Assembly: GCA_030390025.1 (NCBI GenBank)
Contig: CM059431.1
Location: 159,528,001-159,592,000, forward strand
Source of the DNA: Squalus acanthias
Taxonomy: Eukaryota
Reading direction: 5' to 3'
DNA length: 64,000 nt
Position numbers and translations under genes: made by a program. Position 1 is the stretch's first letter, and each line of letters opens with the position of its first letter. The notes beneath the pieces were generated by a model. It ran no database searches. It was not told the origin of the DNA and was given only the letters and a program-made list of their open reading frames with translations. Positions 37,190 through 50,400 of this stretch are shown in pieces.

Positions 37190-40118
37190 GAAACATAGAA
37201 ACATAGAAAATAGGTGCAGGAGTAGACCATTCGGTCCTTCGAGCCTGCACCGCCATTCAATGCGTTCATGGCTGAGCATGCTACCTCAGTACCCCATTCC
37301 TGCTTTCTCGCCATACCACTTGATCCCCCTAGTTGTGTGTATTATATCTAACTCCCTTTTGAATATATTTAGCGAACTGGCCTCAACAACCTTCCGTGGT
37401 AGAGAATTCCACAGATTCACCACTCTCTGGGTGAAGAAGTTCCTCCTCATCTCAGTCATAAATGGCTTCACCTTCATCCTTAGACTGTGACCCCTGGTTT
37501 TAATTTTCCTTAACATTGGAAACATTCTGCCCGCATCTAATTTGTCTAAACCAGTCAGGATTTTAAACTTCTCTATAAGATCCCCCCTCATTCTTCTGAA
37601 ATCCAGAGGATACAAGTTCAGTTGATCCAGTCTTTCTTGATATGTCAGTCTGGCCATCCCAGGAATCAATCTAGTGAACCTTCGTTGCACTCCCTCAATA
37701 GCAAGAATGTCCTTCCTCAAGATAGGAGACCAAAACTGCGCACAATACTCCAGGTGTGGCCTCACCAAGGCCCTGTACAACTGTAGCATCACATCCCTAC
37801 TCCTGTACTCAAATCCCCTTGCTATGAAGGCCATCATGCCATTTGCTTTCTTGACTGCCTGCTGCACTTGCCTTCCCACCTTCAGTGAATGATGTACCAT
37901 GACGCCCAGGTCTCGTTGCGCCTCCCCTTTCCCTAATCTGCCACCATTCAAGTAATAGTCTGCCTCCCTATTTTTACCACCAAAGTGGATAAGCTCACAT
38001 TTATCCACATTGTACTTCATCTGCCATACATTTGCCCATTCACCCAACCTGTCCAAGTCACTCTGTAGCCTCCTAGCATCCTCCTCATTGTTCACACTGC
38101 CTCCCAATTTAGTGTCCTCCGCAAATTTGGAGATATTACATTTAATCCCTTCGTCCAAATCATTAATATATAATGTAAACAGCTGGGGCCCCAGCACCGA
38201 ACCCTGCGGTACCCCGCTGGTCACTGCCTGCCATTCTGAAAAGTACCCATTTACTCCTACTCTTTGTTTCCTGTGTGCCAACCAGTTCTCAATCCACGTC
38301 AACACATTACCCCCAATCCCATGTGCTTTAACTTTGCACACCAATCTCTTGGGTGGGACCTTGTCGAAGGCCTTCTGAAGGTCCAAATACACCACATCTA
38401 CTGGTTCCCCCCCCCCGTCCACCCTATTATAAACATCCTCAAAAAATTCCAGAAGATTTGTCAAGCATGATTTCCCTATCACAAATCCATGCTGACTTGG
38501 ACCTATCATGTCGCCACTTCCAAATGGTCTGTTATGACATCTTTAATAATTGATTCCATTATTTTACCCACCACCGATGTCAGGCTGACCGGTCTATAAT
38601 TCCCTGCTTTCTCCCTCCCTCCTTTTTTAAAAAGAGGGGTTACATTAGCCACCCTCCACTCCTTCGGAACTGATCCAGAGTCTAAGGAATGTTGGAAAAT
38701 GATCGTCAATGCATCCACTATTTCCAAGTCCACCTCCTTAAGTACTCTGGGATGCAGACCATCAGGCCCTGGGGATTTATCAGCCTTCAGTCCCATCAAT
38801 TTCCCCAACACCTTTTCCCGACTGATAAGGATTTCCCTCAGCTCCTCCCTCTTACCAGATCCTTTGATCTCTTTTATTTCCGGAAGGTTGTTTGTGTCCT
38901 CCACAGTAAACACCGAACCAAAGTACTTGTTCAATTGATCTGCCATTTCTTTGTTCCCCATTATGACTTCCCCTGTTTCTGACTGCAGGGGACCTACGTT
39001 TGTTTTTACTAACCTCTTTCTTTTTACATATTTATAGAAGCTTTTGCAGTCCGTTTTAATGTTCTCCGCAAGCTTCCTTTCATATTTTATTTTCCCTGCC
39101 CTAATCAAACCCTTCGTCCTCCTCTGCTGAGTTTTAAAGTTCTCCCAGTCCCCGGGTTTGCTGCTACTTCTGGCCAATTTGTATGCCACTTCCTTGCTTT
39201 TAATACTATACCTGATTTCCCTTGTTAGCCATGGTTGAGCCACCTTCCCTTTTTTATTTTTACGCCAGACAGGGATGTACAATTGCTGTAGTTCATCCAT
39301 GCGATCTCTAAATGTCTGCCATGGCCCTCCCACTGATAACCCCTTAAATATCGCTTGCCAATCTAACCTCGCCAATTCACGCCTCATACCCTCAAAGTTG
39401 CCCTTATTTAAGTTCTGGACCATGGTCTCTGAATTAACTGTTTCCTTCTCCATCCTAATGTAGAACTTCACCATACAATGGTCACTCTTCCCCAAGGGGC
39501 CTCGCACCACAAAATTGCTGATTAGTCCTTCCTCATTACACAACACCCAGTCCAGGATGGCCTCCCCTCTAGTTGGTTCCTCAACATATTGGTTTAGGAA
39601 ACCATCCCTTAAACACACCAGGAAATCCTCCTCCACCGTATTGCTTCCAGTTTGAGTAGCCCAATCTATATGCATATTAAAGTCACCCATGATAACTGCT
39701 GTGCCATTTTTGCATGCACCTCTGATTTCCTGTTTCATACCCTCCCCCACCTCACTACTACTGTTTGGAGGTCTGTACACAACCCCCACTAACGTTTTCT
39801 GCCCTTTGGTTTTCTGCAGCTCAACCCATATTGATTCCACATCCTCCAAGCTAATGTCCTTCCTAGCTATTGCATTAATCTCCTTTTTAATCAGCAATGC
39901 TACCCCACCCCCTTTTCCTTTTATTCTATCCTTCCTGAATGTTGAATACCCCTGTATATTCAGTTCCCAGCCTTGATTGTTCTGGAGCCACGTCTCTGTA
40001 ATCCCAATCACATCATATCCGTTAACATCAATTTGCACAGTCAATTCATTCACCTTATTACGGATACTCCTTGCATTAAGACACAGAGCCTTTAGGCTTG
40101 TTTTATTAACACCCTTTT
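37190..40118 (-). mobile_element. CR1 LINE with nearly complete ORF2 (APE endonuclease + RT), inactivated
   Basis: LNARSI, ITETW, GDFN and SDH endonuclease motifs; RT has FAED in place of FADD; one frameshift near 38510; GAAACATA tail. Confidence 0.96.
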
Positions 40119-40799
40119 TGCAGAATTTATTTACACGGGGTGTGGAAGGATGTTCCATAGAACTAAATAGCCATTACTGCAGAGAAACAGGCCGTTCGGT
40201 CCAAACAGTGCGTGTTGGTGTTTATTTTCCACACGAGTGATGGTCCTCATCCCATGAACCCGCCCCGTTCCCAAATCTTTTTAAGCCTTCAACCACACAT
40301 GTAACGTATTCTTAAATGTTGACATGCTCTCTGCTTCAATCTTTAACTTTCATAGTGCATTGCACAGCCTCACATCCCTCTGTGCATACAGAATCCTACA
40401 CTCTATCCTAAATGTCTTACAGTTATTCTTATGCCTCTGCTGTCTTGTTCTAGAACCCCACCCCCAGTCACTGGGAGAATCTGATTCCACCCACTCTGTC
40501 CGTTCCCAAAAGGTTTTATTCCTTCAACCAATTATCAAGTCTGACAAATCACCCTCTAATCTCCTCAGCTGAGGGGATCAGCCACCTGCTTGGGGTTAGT
40601 AAAAGTCCAGCCTCTAATATGCACATTTCCCTACCAACAATTATTTTTTTTACCGAACCACTATTGGTACCTCAACATTTCATTATCAATGACCTCCTGC
40701 ACAAAGAAATAACAATGGATCAGTTCTGCAACAATAAGATGATATAATTGTGCTCACTCTGCTGTGGGTCCTTACCAGAGAAACTCTACCAAAATATTG

Positions 40800-43685
40800 G
40801 GGTACCTTTAATACCGGAGGAGTACTTTGAACGCGAGTGTAAGTCTAGGGTTCCACGAGTGCCAGAGGAGCACGGTCACCTGTAGTGTAAGTGTAGGGGA
40901 TGGCTTGTACTGGAACAGCTTGGTCACCTATAATGTACATTTAGGGTTACCACTAGAGCCGCTGGAGCACTATCACCTGTACTTTAAGTGAATCTGTGCG
41001 TTAATACCGGGGGAGATGAACACCTCTAGTGTAAGTGAACGGTCCCACAATACCGAAGGAGATCGGTCACCTCTTGTGATAGTGTCGTGTACCACTGGTA
41101 CTGGAGGAGCTTGGTCCACTCTAGTATAAGTGTAGGGGGACCACTCTTACAAGAGGAGCTTGGTCACCTGTAGTGTAAGTGTAGGGGGTCCACTCTTACA
41201 AGAGGAGCTTGGTCCCCTGTAGTGTAAGTGTAGGGGGTCCACTCTTACAAGAGGAGCTTGGTCCCCTGTAGTGTAAGTGTAGGGGGTCCACTCTTACAAG
41301 AGGAGCTTGGTCCCCTGTAGTGTAAGTGTAGGGGGTCCACTCTTACAAGAGGAGCTTGGTCCCCTGTAGTGTAAGTGTAGGGGGTCCACTCTTACAAGAG
41401 GAGCTTGGTCCCCTGTAGTGTAAGTGTAGGGGGACTTCTCGTACAAGAGGAACTTGGTCACCACTAGTACAAGTGTAGTAGGACCACTCGTAGAAGAGGA
41501 ACTTGTTCACCAATAGTGTAAGTGAAGGGGTACCAACAGTACAAGAGGAGCTTGGTCACCTCTAGTGCAAGTGTACGGTCCCTCTATACCGGAGGAGAAC
41601 GTGCACCTTTTGTGATAGTGTCGGGTACCACTGGTACTGGAGGAGCTTGTTCACCGCCAGTGTGAGTGAAGGGGTGACACAAGTACAAGAGGAGCTTGGT
41701 CACCACTAGTGTAAGTGAAGGAGTGCCACTAGTACAAGAGGAGCTTGGTCACCACTAGTGTAAGTGAAGGAGTGCCACTAGTACAAGAGGAGCTTGGACA
41801 CCACTAGTGTAAGTGAAGGAGTGCCACTAGTACAAGAGGAGCTTGGACACCACTAGTGTAAGTGAAGGAGTGCCACTAGTACAAGAGGAGCTTGGACACC
41901 ACTAGTGTAAGTGAAGGAGTGCCACTAGTACAAGAGGAGCTTGGACACCACTAGTGTAAGTGCAGGGGTCCACTCATACAAGTGGAGATTGGTCAGCGGT
42001 CGTGTAAGTGAAGTGGTATCAATAGTACAAGAGGAGCTTGGTCAACTCACGTATAAGTTTAGGGGTGCCACTAGTACAAGAGGTGTCTGTTCACCACTAG
42101 TGTAAATGTAGGGGGACCACTCGTACAAGAGGAGCTTTGACACAACAAGTGTAAGTGAAGGAGTACCAATAGTACAAGAGGAGCTTGGTCATCACTAGTG
42201 CAAGTGAAGGGGGACCACTCGCACAAGAGGAGCTTGTTCACCTCTAGTGTAAGTGCAGGGGGACCACTCGCACAAGAGGAGCTTGGTCAGCAGTAGTGTA
42301 AGTGTACTGACCCAAAATACCGGAGGAGAATGTACACCTCTTGTTATAGTGTCGGGTACCACTGGTACCAGAGGAGCTTGTTCACCTCCAGTGTAAGTGT
42401 AGGGGGACCACACGCAAAAGAGGAGCTTGGTCATCACTAGTGTAAGTGAAGGGGTATCACTAGTACAAAAGGAGCTTTGACACAACAAGTGTAAGTGAAG
42501 GGGTACCAATAGTACAAGAGGAGCTTGGTCACCTCTAGTGTAAGTGTAGGGGGACAACTCGCACAAGAGGAGCTTGGACACAACACGTTTAAGTGAAGGG
42601 GTACCACTAGTACAAGAGGAGCTTGTTCACCGCTAGTGTAAGTGATGGGGTACCACTAGTACATGAGGAGCTTGTGCACCTATAGTGTAAGTGTAGTGGT
42701 GCCACTAGTAGAACAGGAGCTTGGACACCACTAGTGTAAGTGTAGGGGTGCCACTACTACAAGAGGAGCTTGTGCACCTCTAGTGTAAGTGTAGGGGTGC
42801 CACTACTACAAGAGGAGCTTGGACACAACTATTGTAAGTATACCACCCACAATACCGTACGAGAATGGACACCTCTTGTTATATTGTCGGGTACCAGTGG
42901 TACCAGAGGAGCTTGTTCACCTCCAGTGTAAGTGAAGTGGTACCACTATTACAAGGGGAGCTTGATCACATCTGGTGTAAGTGTAGGGGGAACACTCGTA
43001 CAAGAGAAGCTTGCTCACAACCAGTTTAAGTGTTGCGGAGGAATTTCAACTGTAGTTTAAGTGAACCAGTGAGTTAATATCGGAGGAGACAGTCCATTCT
43101 AGTGTAAGTGTACGGGCCCAATATATCGGAGGAGAACGGTCACCTCTTGTGATAGTGTCGGGTACCACTGGTACAAGACGAGCTTGGCCACCTCTAGTGT
43201 AAGTGTCGGGGGACCACTCGTACAAGAGGAGCTTGGTCAGCAGTAGTGTAAGTGTACTGACCCAAAATACCGGAGGAGAATGTACACCTCTTGTTATAGT
43301 GTCGGGTACCACTGGTACAAGAGGAGCTTGTTCACCTGCAGTGTAAGTGAAGTGGTACCACTATTACAAGAGGAACTTGGTCACATCTGCTGTAAGTGTA
43401 GGGTGACCACTAGTACAAGAGATGCTTGGTCACCTCTATTGTAAGTGTAGGGGGACCACACGTACAAGAGCAGCTTGGGCACCACTAGTGTAAGTGAAGG
43501 TGTATCAATAGTACAAGAGGAGCTTGGTCACCACTAGTGCAGGTGAAGTGGTACCACTAGTACAAGAAGAGCTTGGTCATCACTAGTGCAAGTGAAGGGG
43601 TGCCACGAGTATAAGAGGAGCTTGATCACCACTAGTGTAAGTGAAGGGTTACCACTAGTACAAGAGGAGCTTCGTCACCTTCTTG
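40800..43685. repeat. Satellite array, about 49-bp unit
   Basis: Consensus approximately CTAGTGTAAGTGWAGGGGTACCACTAGTACAAGAGGAGCTTGGTCACCA; exact 49-bp period at 41171-41430 and 41712-41960. Confidence 0.95.
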
Positions 43686-43765
43686 TAAAAGGTCATAAAA
43701 CGCGAGAGGAGCGGCTGAGAGGATATGTTGTATGGTGAGAAGACTTTGATCTCTAAATGTTGTAC

Positions 43766-44245
43766 CAAGTCCCGTTCGCCCATCACCCCTGTGCTTGCTG
43801 ATCTGTATTGGGTCTCGGTTAAGCAGCGCCTCGATTTCAAAATTCTCATCCTTGTTTTCAAATCCCTCCATGGCCTCGCCCCTCCCTATCTCTGGAATTC
43901 TCCTTCAGCCCCACAACGCCCCCCAGATATCTGCGCTCCTCTAATTCTGCCCTCTTGAGCATCCCTGATTATAATCGCTCAACCTTTGGTGATCGTGCCT
44001 TCTGTTGCCGAGGCCCTAAGCTATGGAATTTCTTCTCTAGACCTCTCCGCCTCTCCACCTCTCTTTCCTCCTTTAAGACGCTCCTTAAAACCTACCTCTT
44101 TGAACAAGTTTTTGGTCACCTGCCCTAATTCATCCTTATGTGGATCTTTGTTAAAGTTGTTGTCTTAAAATACTCCTGTGCAGCGCCTTGGGACGTATTA
44201 CTACTTTAAAGGCGCTATTTAATAGAAGTTGTTGTTGTTGTTGTA
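43766..44245 (+). mobile_element. L2-like LINE 3' end
   Basis: PITPVLADLYW...FKILILVFKSLHGLAPPYL peptide and (GTT)n tail. Confidence 0.85.
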
Positions 44246-45597
44246 TGTTCGTATGCGTTTCATTAAGTAGAAATGCATTTCAATACTGGTTACAACAGCA
44301 GAGTGTTAGTGTTTGAGATTACATTTGTAACTTTTATTCTATTAAATGGCTCTGCGGCAAGCAGTTAATTCCTATAAAAAACATAATTTCTTAGCTGATC
44401 CATTGTTGATACTTCATCTTTTCAATATCATTGACCTCCTGCACAAATAAATGGCGATGGATCAGTTCAGCTACATTAAAACACTAAAATTGTGCTCAGT
44501 ATATTCTGCGTCCTTACCTTGTGCTGCGGCTCCTGATTCTGGTTCAGAGAGTCTGGGTAAGTTAACTTTGTGTGTTCTGCGGGTTAATGATTACACCCTG
44601 GGTAAATATCAGTTATACAGCACATTCCTACACCCGACCTTCAGCCTGATCATTGCAATCTCTCCCCGCCCTGTTCTCTGGTGCTGGGCTCGATCAGAAT
44701 CACACATCGTCTCATTCCGTTTGAATCCTTGTGATGAATTTAATCTTTTAACCAAAGTCATTCATTCTTGGTGTGGTAACAATGACTAAATTCCCCCCAC
44801 AGCTCTTCCAGCTGCGGTTCGGAAGACCCCGCAGAGAAATCGGATTCTGCAGCAGGAACCAGTCCCATGTCAAAAATTCGATTACATTGCTCACCATAAA
44901 ACCTGTTCATTGTCAGAGTATAAAAGGGCAAAGATAGGAATTGACAAAGATCGCTGTTAGCTTACTGGGATCAAATACCAGAGGGGAGGGCACAGTGAGC
45001 TCTCGGAGTTAACACGTTAATGATTGGCATTACCTCCCCTTTCGATCATGAGCTGTTTCTATGACCCGATTTTATCTCTGCCTACATTTAATTCATTCTG
45101 ATCCCGGCTCTATTAATCTCGGTATTCGGCTTTTCACACCTGATCTGGATTGCCGTGGAGTTCTATAATTCCCGTCATATGATTGGTTGCAGGTTATTTT
45201 CCACTGACGGTAATTTAATAGAAACACAGCAAAGATTATAACATCCAAGAGATAGTGTCGAGTTATTAAGTTAAAGCCTGGGCCTCGACCATCATGATGT
45301 TCACACGCATGAGTATTAGGCTTCAGGTTTCACTGACAGAAAATGAGTGCGGTAAACAAGCGAACTCTTTGCTTAATTGGCCAGTTGACTTTTATTGGTG
45401 TTGGTGTAAATTCACCTTTTCATTTTATTCTTTAAAAAAAATATCGGACCGCAGATTCAATTCATTATGAGACTGAGAATCTCTGAAACTTAAATTATTT
45501 TCCAAATTATCATTTGCTTTTAACATGAAATTTAAAACTTAATAATTTTTCTCCCGACTCCTCCGTGTTCGATTCCCCTTCCTCCTTCTTAAGTGTC

Positions 45598-46045
45598 ATC
45601 CGTGGCTCAGTGGGCAGCTCTTTCGCCTCGGCGTCAGAAGGTTGTGGGGTCAAGTCCAACTCCATGAAACTTGAGCACAAAAATCTAGACTGGCACTTCA
45701 GTGCAGAGCTGAGGGAGCGCTGCAATGTATGGAAAGTTCCGTCTTTCGGATGAGAGGTTAAACCGAGGCCCTGTCTGCTCTCTCAGATGAACGTAAAATA
45801 TCTCATGGCACTATTTCGAAGAGGAGCAGTGGGGATATTCCCGGAGTACCGGCCACTATTTATCCTTCAATCAACATAACAAAAAAATCAGTTCTCTGTT
45901 CATTATCATATTGCTGTTTGTGGGAGCTTGCTGTGCGCAAATTGGCTGACGCAATTCTTACAATACAACAGTAACAACATTGGCTGGAAAGCGCTTTGGG
46001 ACGTCCCGAGGTCGTGAAAGGAGCTATATCAATGCAATTCCTTTT
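45598..46045 (+). mobile_element. tRNA-headed Deu-domain-type SINE
   Basis: A box TGGCTCAGTGG, B-box-like GGTCAAGTCC, core ggatgagaggttaaaccgaggcc...catggcactattt and an L2-like tail. Confidence 0.78.
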
Positions 46046-46212
46046 TTTCCTTCGGGCTGCTCCTTCCAGGGCTTCATGTCTGGTTCCCCAACTATGCTGC
46101 TCCTGAATTGTGATGTTTCCTTCCCTCTCCTCCTGCCACAATCCTAATTCTCCCCTTTGCCTTGCTTTCCTCCAGCACATTGCCTGATTCTGCCCCTGCC
46201 TTCCGGATCTTC

Positions 46213-46890
46213 ATACATAGAAACATAGAAACATAGAAACATAGCAGCAGGAGTAGGTCATTCGGCCCTACCAGCCTGCTCCGCCATTCAATATCATCAT
46301 GGCTGATCCTCTATCTCAATACCATAAATTCCCGCTCTCTCCCCATACCCCTTGATGCCTTTTGTGTCCAGAAATCTATCTATCTCCTTCTTAAATATAT
46401 TAAGTGACCTGGCCTCCACAGCTTTATATGGTAGAGAATTCCACAGGTTCACCACCCTCTGAGTGAAGACATTTCACCTCATCTCAGTCCTAAATGTCCT
46501 ACCCCGTATCCTGAGACTGTGACCCCTCGTTCTAGACCCCCCAGACAGGGGGAACATCCTCCCTGCATCCAGTCTGTCTAGACCTGTCAGAATGTTATAC
46601 GTTTCAATTAGATCCCCTCTCATTCTTCTAAACTCCAGTGAATACAGGCCTAGTTGACCCAATCTCTCCTCATACGACAGTCCGACCATCCCAGGAATCA
46701 GTCTGGTGAACCTTCGCTGCAATCCCTCTATGGCAAGTATATCCTTTCTTGGGTAAGGAGACCAAAACTGCACACAGTATTCCAGGATGGTCTCATCAAG
46801 GCCCTGTATAACTGTAGTAAGACATCCTAGCTCCTGTACTCAAATACTCTTGCAATGAAAGCCAACATACCATTTACCTTCCTAACTGCT
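46213..46890 (-). mobile_element. CR1 3' fragment
   Basis: QFWSPY...RTRGHSL peptide and GAAACATA tail. Confidence 0.9.
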
Positions 46891-47419
46891 TACGATTCCC
46901 ACTGGCAATTCCCTTCCACCTCTTCTATGCCTGATGAACTTCCCTGCGCCATTCTCCATCCTGCTGCAAGCCTGATTCCACATCCATCGCAAAGGATACA
47001 TGAAAGTTATTCAAACTACGCCATCATCACACTAAATACGTGCATAATTCCCCATAACTTGCAGAGTACATCTCATATTATCTTCATCGAATGCAGTTCC
47101 CAACTCGAGAAATGGTACCTACAATACCGGACCGGCAGCCGCCTAATGTTTCTCTTCAATATTCCATTCTTTCTGATCACACTTCACCATATTGAAAACT
47201 GGTCTATTGTTGATCACTCGACACGTTTTTTTTTATCTGTCGTCTCAATCTACCCCAAATATATATCTATTGGCCTTTCTGACCCGCTGTAATCATTGTG
47301 GTGAAGATGCTATTAGGATTGTGCTGAGAAGTTAATTGCAGGATTTTGACTCACCAACGATGAAGGGACGATGTCATGTGTTATACTCAGGATGGCCTGT
47401 GACTTGCAGGGGGCATTGG

Positions 47420-50400
47420 AGCAGCTGGGAGCTCAGGGAAAGAAGCGCTGGCGAAGCGGGAGAAGCGTCTGTGACGTGTGGTCTCTGTGACGCATAAAGA
47501 TTCTGAATCTGAAAATGTGACGTCAAAGGAGCGGTGGAGCCCGAAGAATTGCAGCTAAGTGATTAGTTTATTAATAATCAAGTCATGTATTTAATTTAAT
47601 ATCTAATTAAATTCAGTGTTCAACTAATTAATCAGATCAAAGTGGTTAAAATTAATTAACTGGAGGATTACAACATTAAAGGGTTACGAATTTCAGAAAT
47701 TAAAATTTAATATCTAGAAATATACTATAATAGCTGATATATAATAAACAGGAGTTGGGAAATATTCAAATAAAGAAGTTACTAAACAAAGAAACAAGGT
47801 CAATTAGCTACAAATTAAACTGAAATCAAGATAAATCCAAATTTCTAAATATAATCTAGATCTCAAGTAAATGTTTATATCTAGAACTAAAATAATACTG
47901 ATAAATAAATAAATACTAGCAATAGTAGTGCAGGTTTTGTCTCGGGACTGTGATATGTGGACGGCGAAACTGTCCTTCATCCTCGCCTGCAGTAAATGCC
48001 TTTGCTCAGAATCTTTGAGCTGGAGTGCGAGTTAGAGACACTCCGACATATAAGGGAGGGGGAGGAATTTTGGAATAGTTTTCTCCAGTGTGCAGTCACA
48101 CCTCAGAGGAAAGCACAGGTGCAGGAAGAGGAGAGTGTGACTGTTAGTCAGCAGGGTAAGGGGGTCCAAGGGCCAAGGGGGAATAGAGATGGAGGTCCTG
48201 CAGGCACCAGTCCTTGTCCAACATGTACAATGTACATGCTACCTGTGAGGATAAGGATACAGGCTGCGGTGTGGACTCCCAGAATGCAAACACTGGCAAC
48301 GTAGAGCAGGAGGCAGCCTAAGGAGGATGAGCAGAATAAAATGTTTGCTGTAACAGGGTACTCGATCATTAGGGGGATACCTGGTAGCATCTGCAGTCCC
48401 GCCGAGTGTCCAGAAGGGTGCGCTGGCTACCTGGTGCAAAGCTAAAGGTTATCTCGGAACAACTGGAGAGCAACTTGGAAAAGGAAGGACCAGATCCCCT
48501 TGTCGTGGTCCATGGTCGGCATGGCTACTGGGGAATTTAAATTCAGTTAATTAAATAAAAAAGCTGCTATCAGTAATAGTGACAATTAAATTACCGGATT
48601 GTCGTACAAACCCATTTGGTTCACTAATGTCCTTTAGGGAAGGAAATCTGCCGTCCTTACCTGGTCTGGCCTATTTGTGACTCCAGACCCAAAGCAACGT
48701 GGTTGACTCTTAACTACCCTCTGAAATAGCCTAGCAAGCCACTCAGTTGGATCAAATCGCTGCAAAGAAGTATACTGACAACAAAACCGGACGGAACACC
48801 CGGCATTACCTTCACCACATGGAATGCAGCAGTTCAAGAAGGCAGGTTAGCAGCAGCTTCTCAAGGGCAATTAGGGATGGGCAATAAATGCTGGCCTTGC
48901 TCGTGAACGAATAAAAAAAAATAGGGAAGAAAGGGTAAAGGTCCTGCTAAGAGAATATCAGAAGTTCGAAACTAAATTTAAAAAGCAGGAACTCACGGGT
49001 GGTATATCGGGATTACTACCCGAGTCAAGTGCTAATTGGCATAGACCACATCTGGAGTATTGTGTACATTTTTGCTCTCCTTACATAAGGAAGGATATAC
49101 TTGCTATAGAGGGAGTGCAACAAAGGATCACCAGACAGATTCCTGCGATGGGGGGATTGTCCTATGAGGATAGATTGAGTAGATTGGGCCTATATTCTCT
49201 AGAGTTTAGAAGAATGAGAGGTGATCTTATTGGAACATACACAATTCTTACAGGGCTTGACAGGGTAGATCCAGGGAGGATGCTTCCCCTGGCTGGGGAG
49301 TCTAGAACCAGGTGTCACAGTCTCAGGATAAGGGGTCATTTAGGACTGAGATGAGGAGAAAATTCTTCACTCAGAGGGTGGTGAATCTTTGGAATTTTCT
49401 ACCCCAGAGGGTTGTGGAGGCTCAGCCTTTGAGTATATTCAAGACTGAGATCGATAGATTTTTGGATATTAAGGGAATCAAGGGATACTGTGGTAATGCA
49501 GGAAAATGGAGATGGAGCAGAAGATCAGCCATGATCTAATGAATGGCAGACCAGGCTCGAGGGACCGAATGGCCTACTCCTACACCTATTTCATATGTTC
49601 TTTTGTATAGGTAGATCAGGAAGACGAATGTGTATCAGAAAGACTGGTGTGGGATGCAGGGGTTCCATTTCATGGAACTCTGGCATCGGTACTGGGGCAG
49701 GAAGAATCTGTTCTGATGTGACAGAAGACAACTGAACTTGCATGCGACCAGTGTCCTAACACTTTCGATAGAATTTTAAACTATTAAGATGGAGGGAGGG
49801 ATCTGATGAAAATAACATAAGTCTGAAGACAAAAGAAATAGGAGACGAGAGTAAAGGTCAGATCAAGGTAAGGAACAAGTTAACATAAACGGTCAGATAA
49901 CAAATACAGTTATAAAGCATGAGTATTCATGAACTTTTAAAATAAAGTAAAATGAACATCTGTTAAAGACGAACTGTGCAGCAATGTACACAGCATTCAA
50001 ATTAAAACGAGGAAACTGGAGGCAATAATCGGTAGAGAGGAACTAAATGTGGTAGGAATAACTGAAACGTCGCTGCAGAAAGAGCAGGACTGTGAACTAA
50101 ATATTACTGGCTGTAACATAAGCAGAACGGAAAGGGAAAAAAGAAGGTCATGGGGTAGCTGTAATAATTAGAAATAACATAATTGCAGTAGACACAATGG
50201 ACGTAACTAAAAGAAGATTAGAAAAAGAATTGTATGGATTGAAATAAAAGACAAGAAGGGATCAATCACGCTAATAGGAGTTTTCTAAAAAAACACACCT
50301 AATAGTGGAAAGGAGTTTGAGGAAGAAATATGTAAACAAATATGTGAAATGAGTAAAGGGCATAGAATAATAATCATGGGATATTTTAACTCTGCCCAAT

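Noticed and set aside
37190..40158. Active CR1 element
   Set aside because: No ORF1 or 5'UTR, a frameshift near 38510, and FAED at the catalytic motif.
46855..47292. 145-aa plus-strand ORF
   Set aside because: Starts in antisense CR1 sequence and has no recognisable motif.
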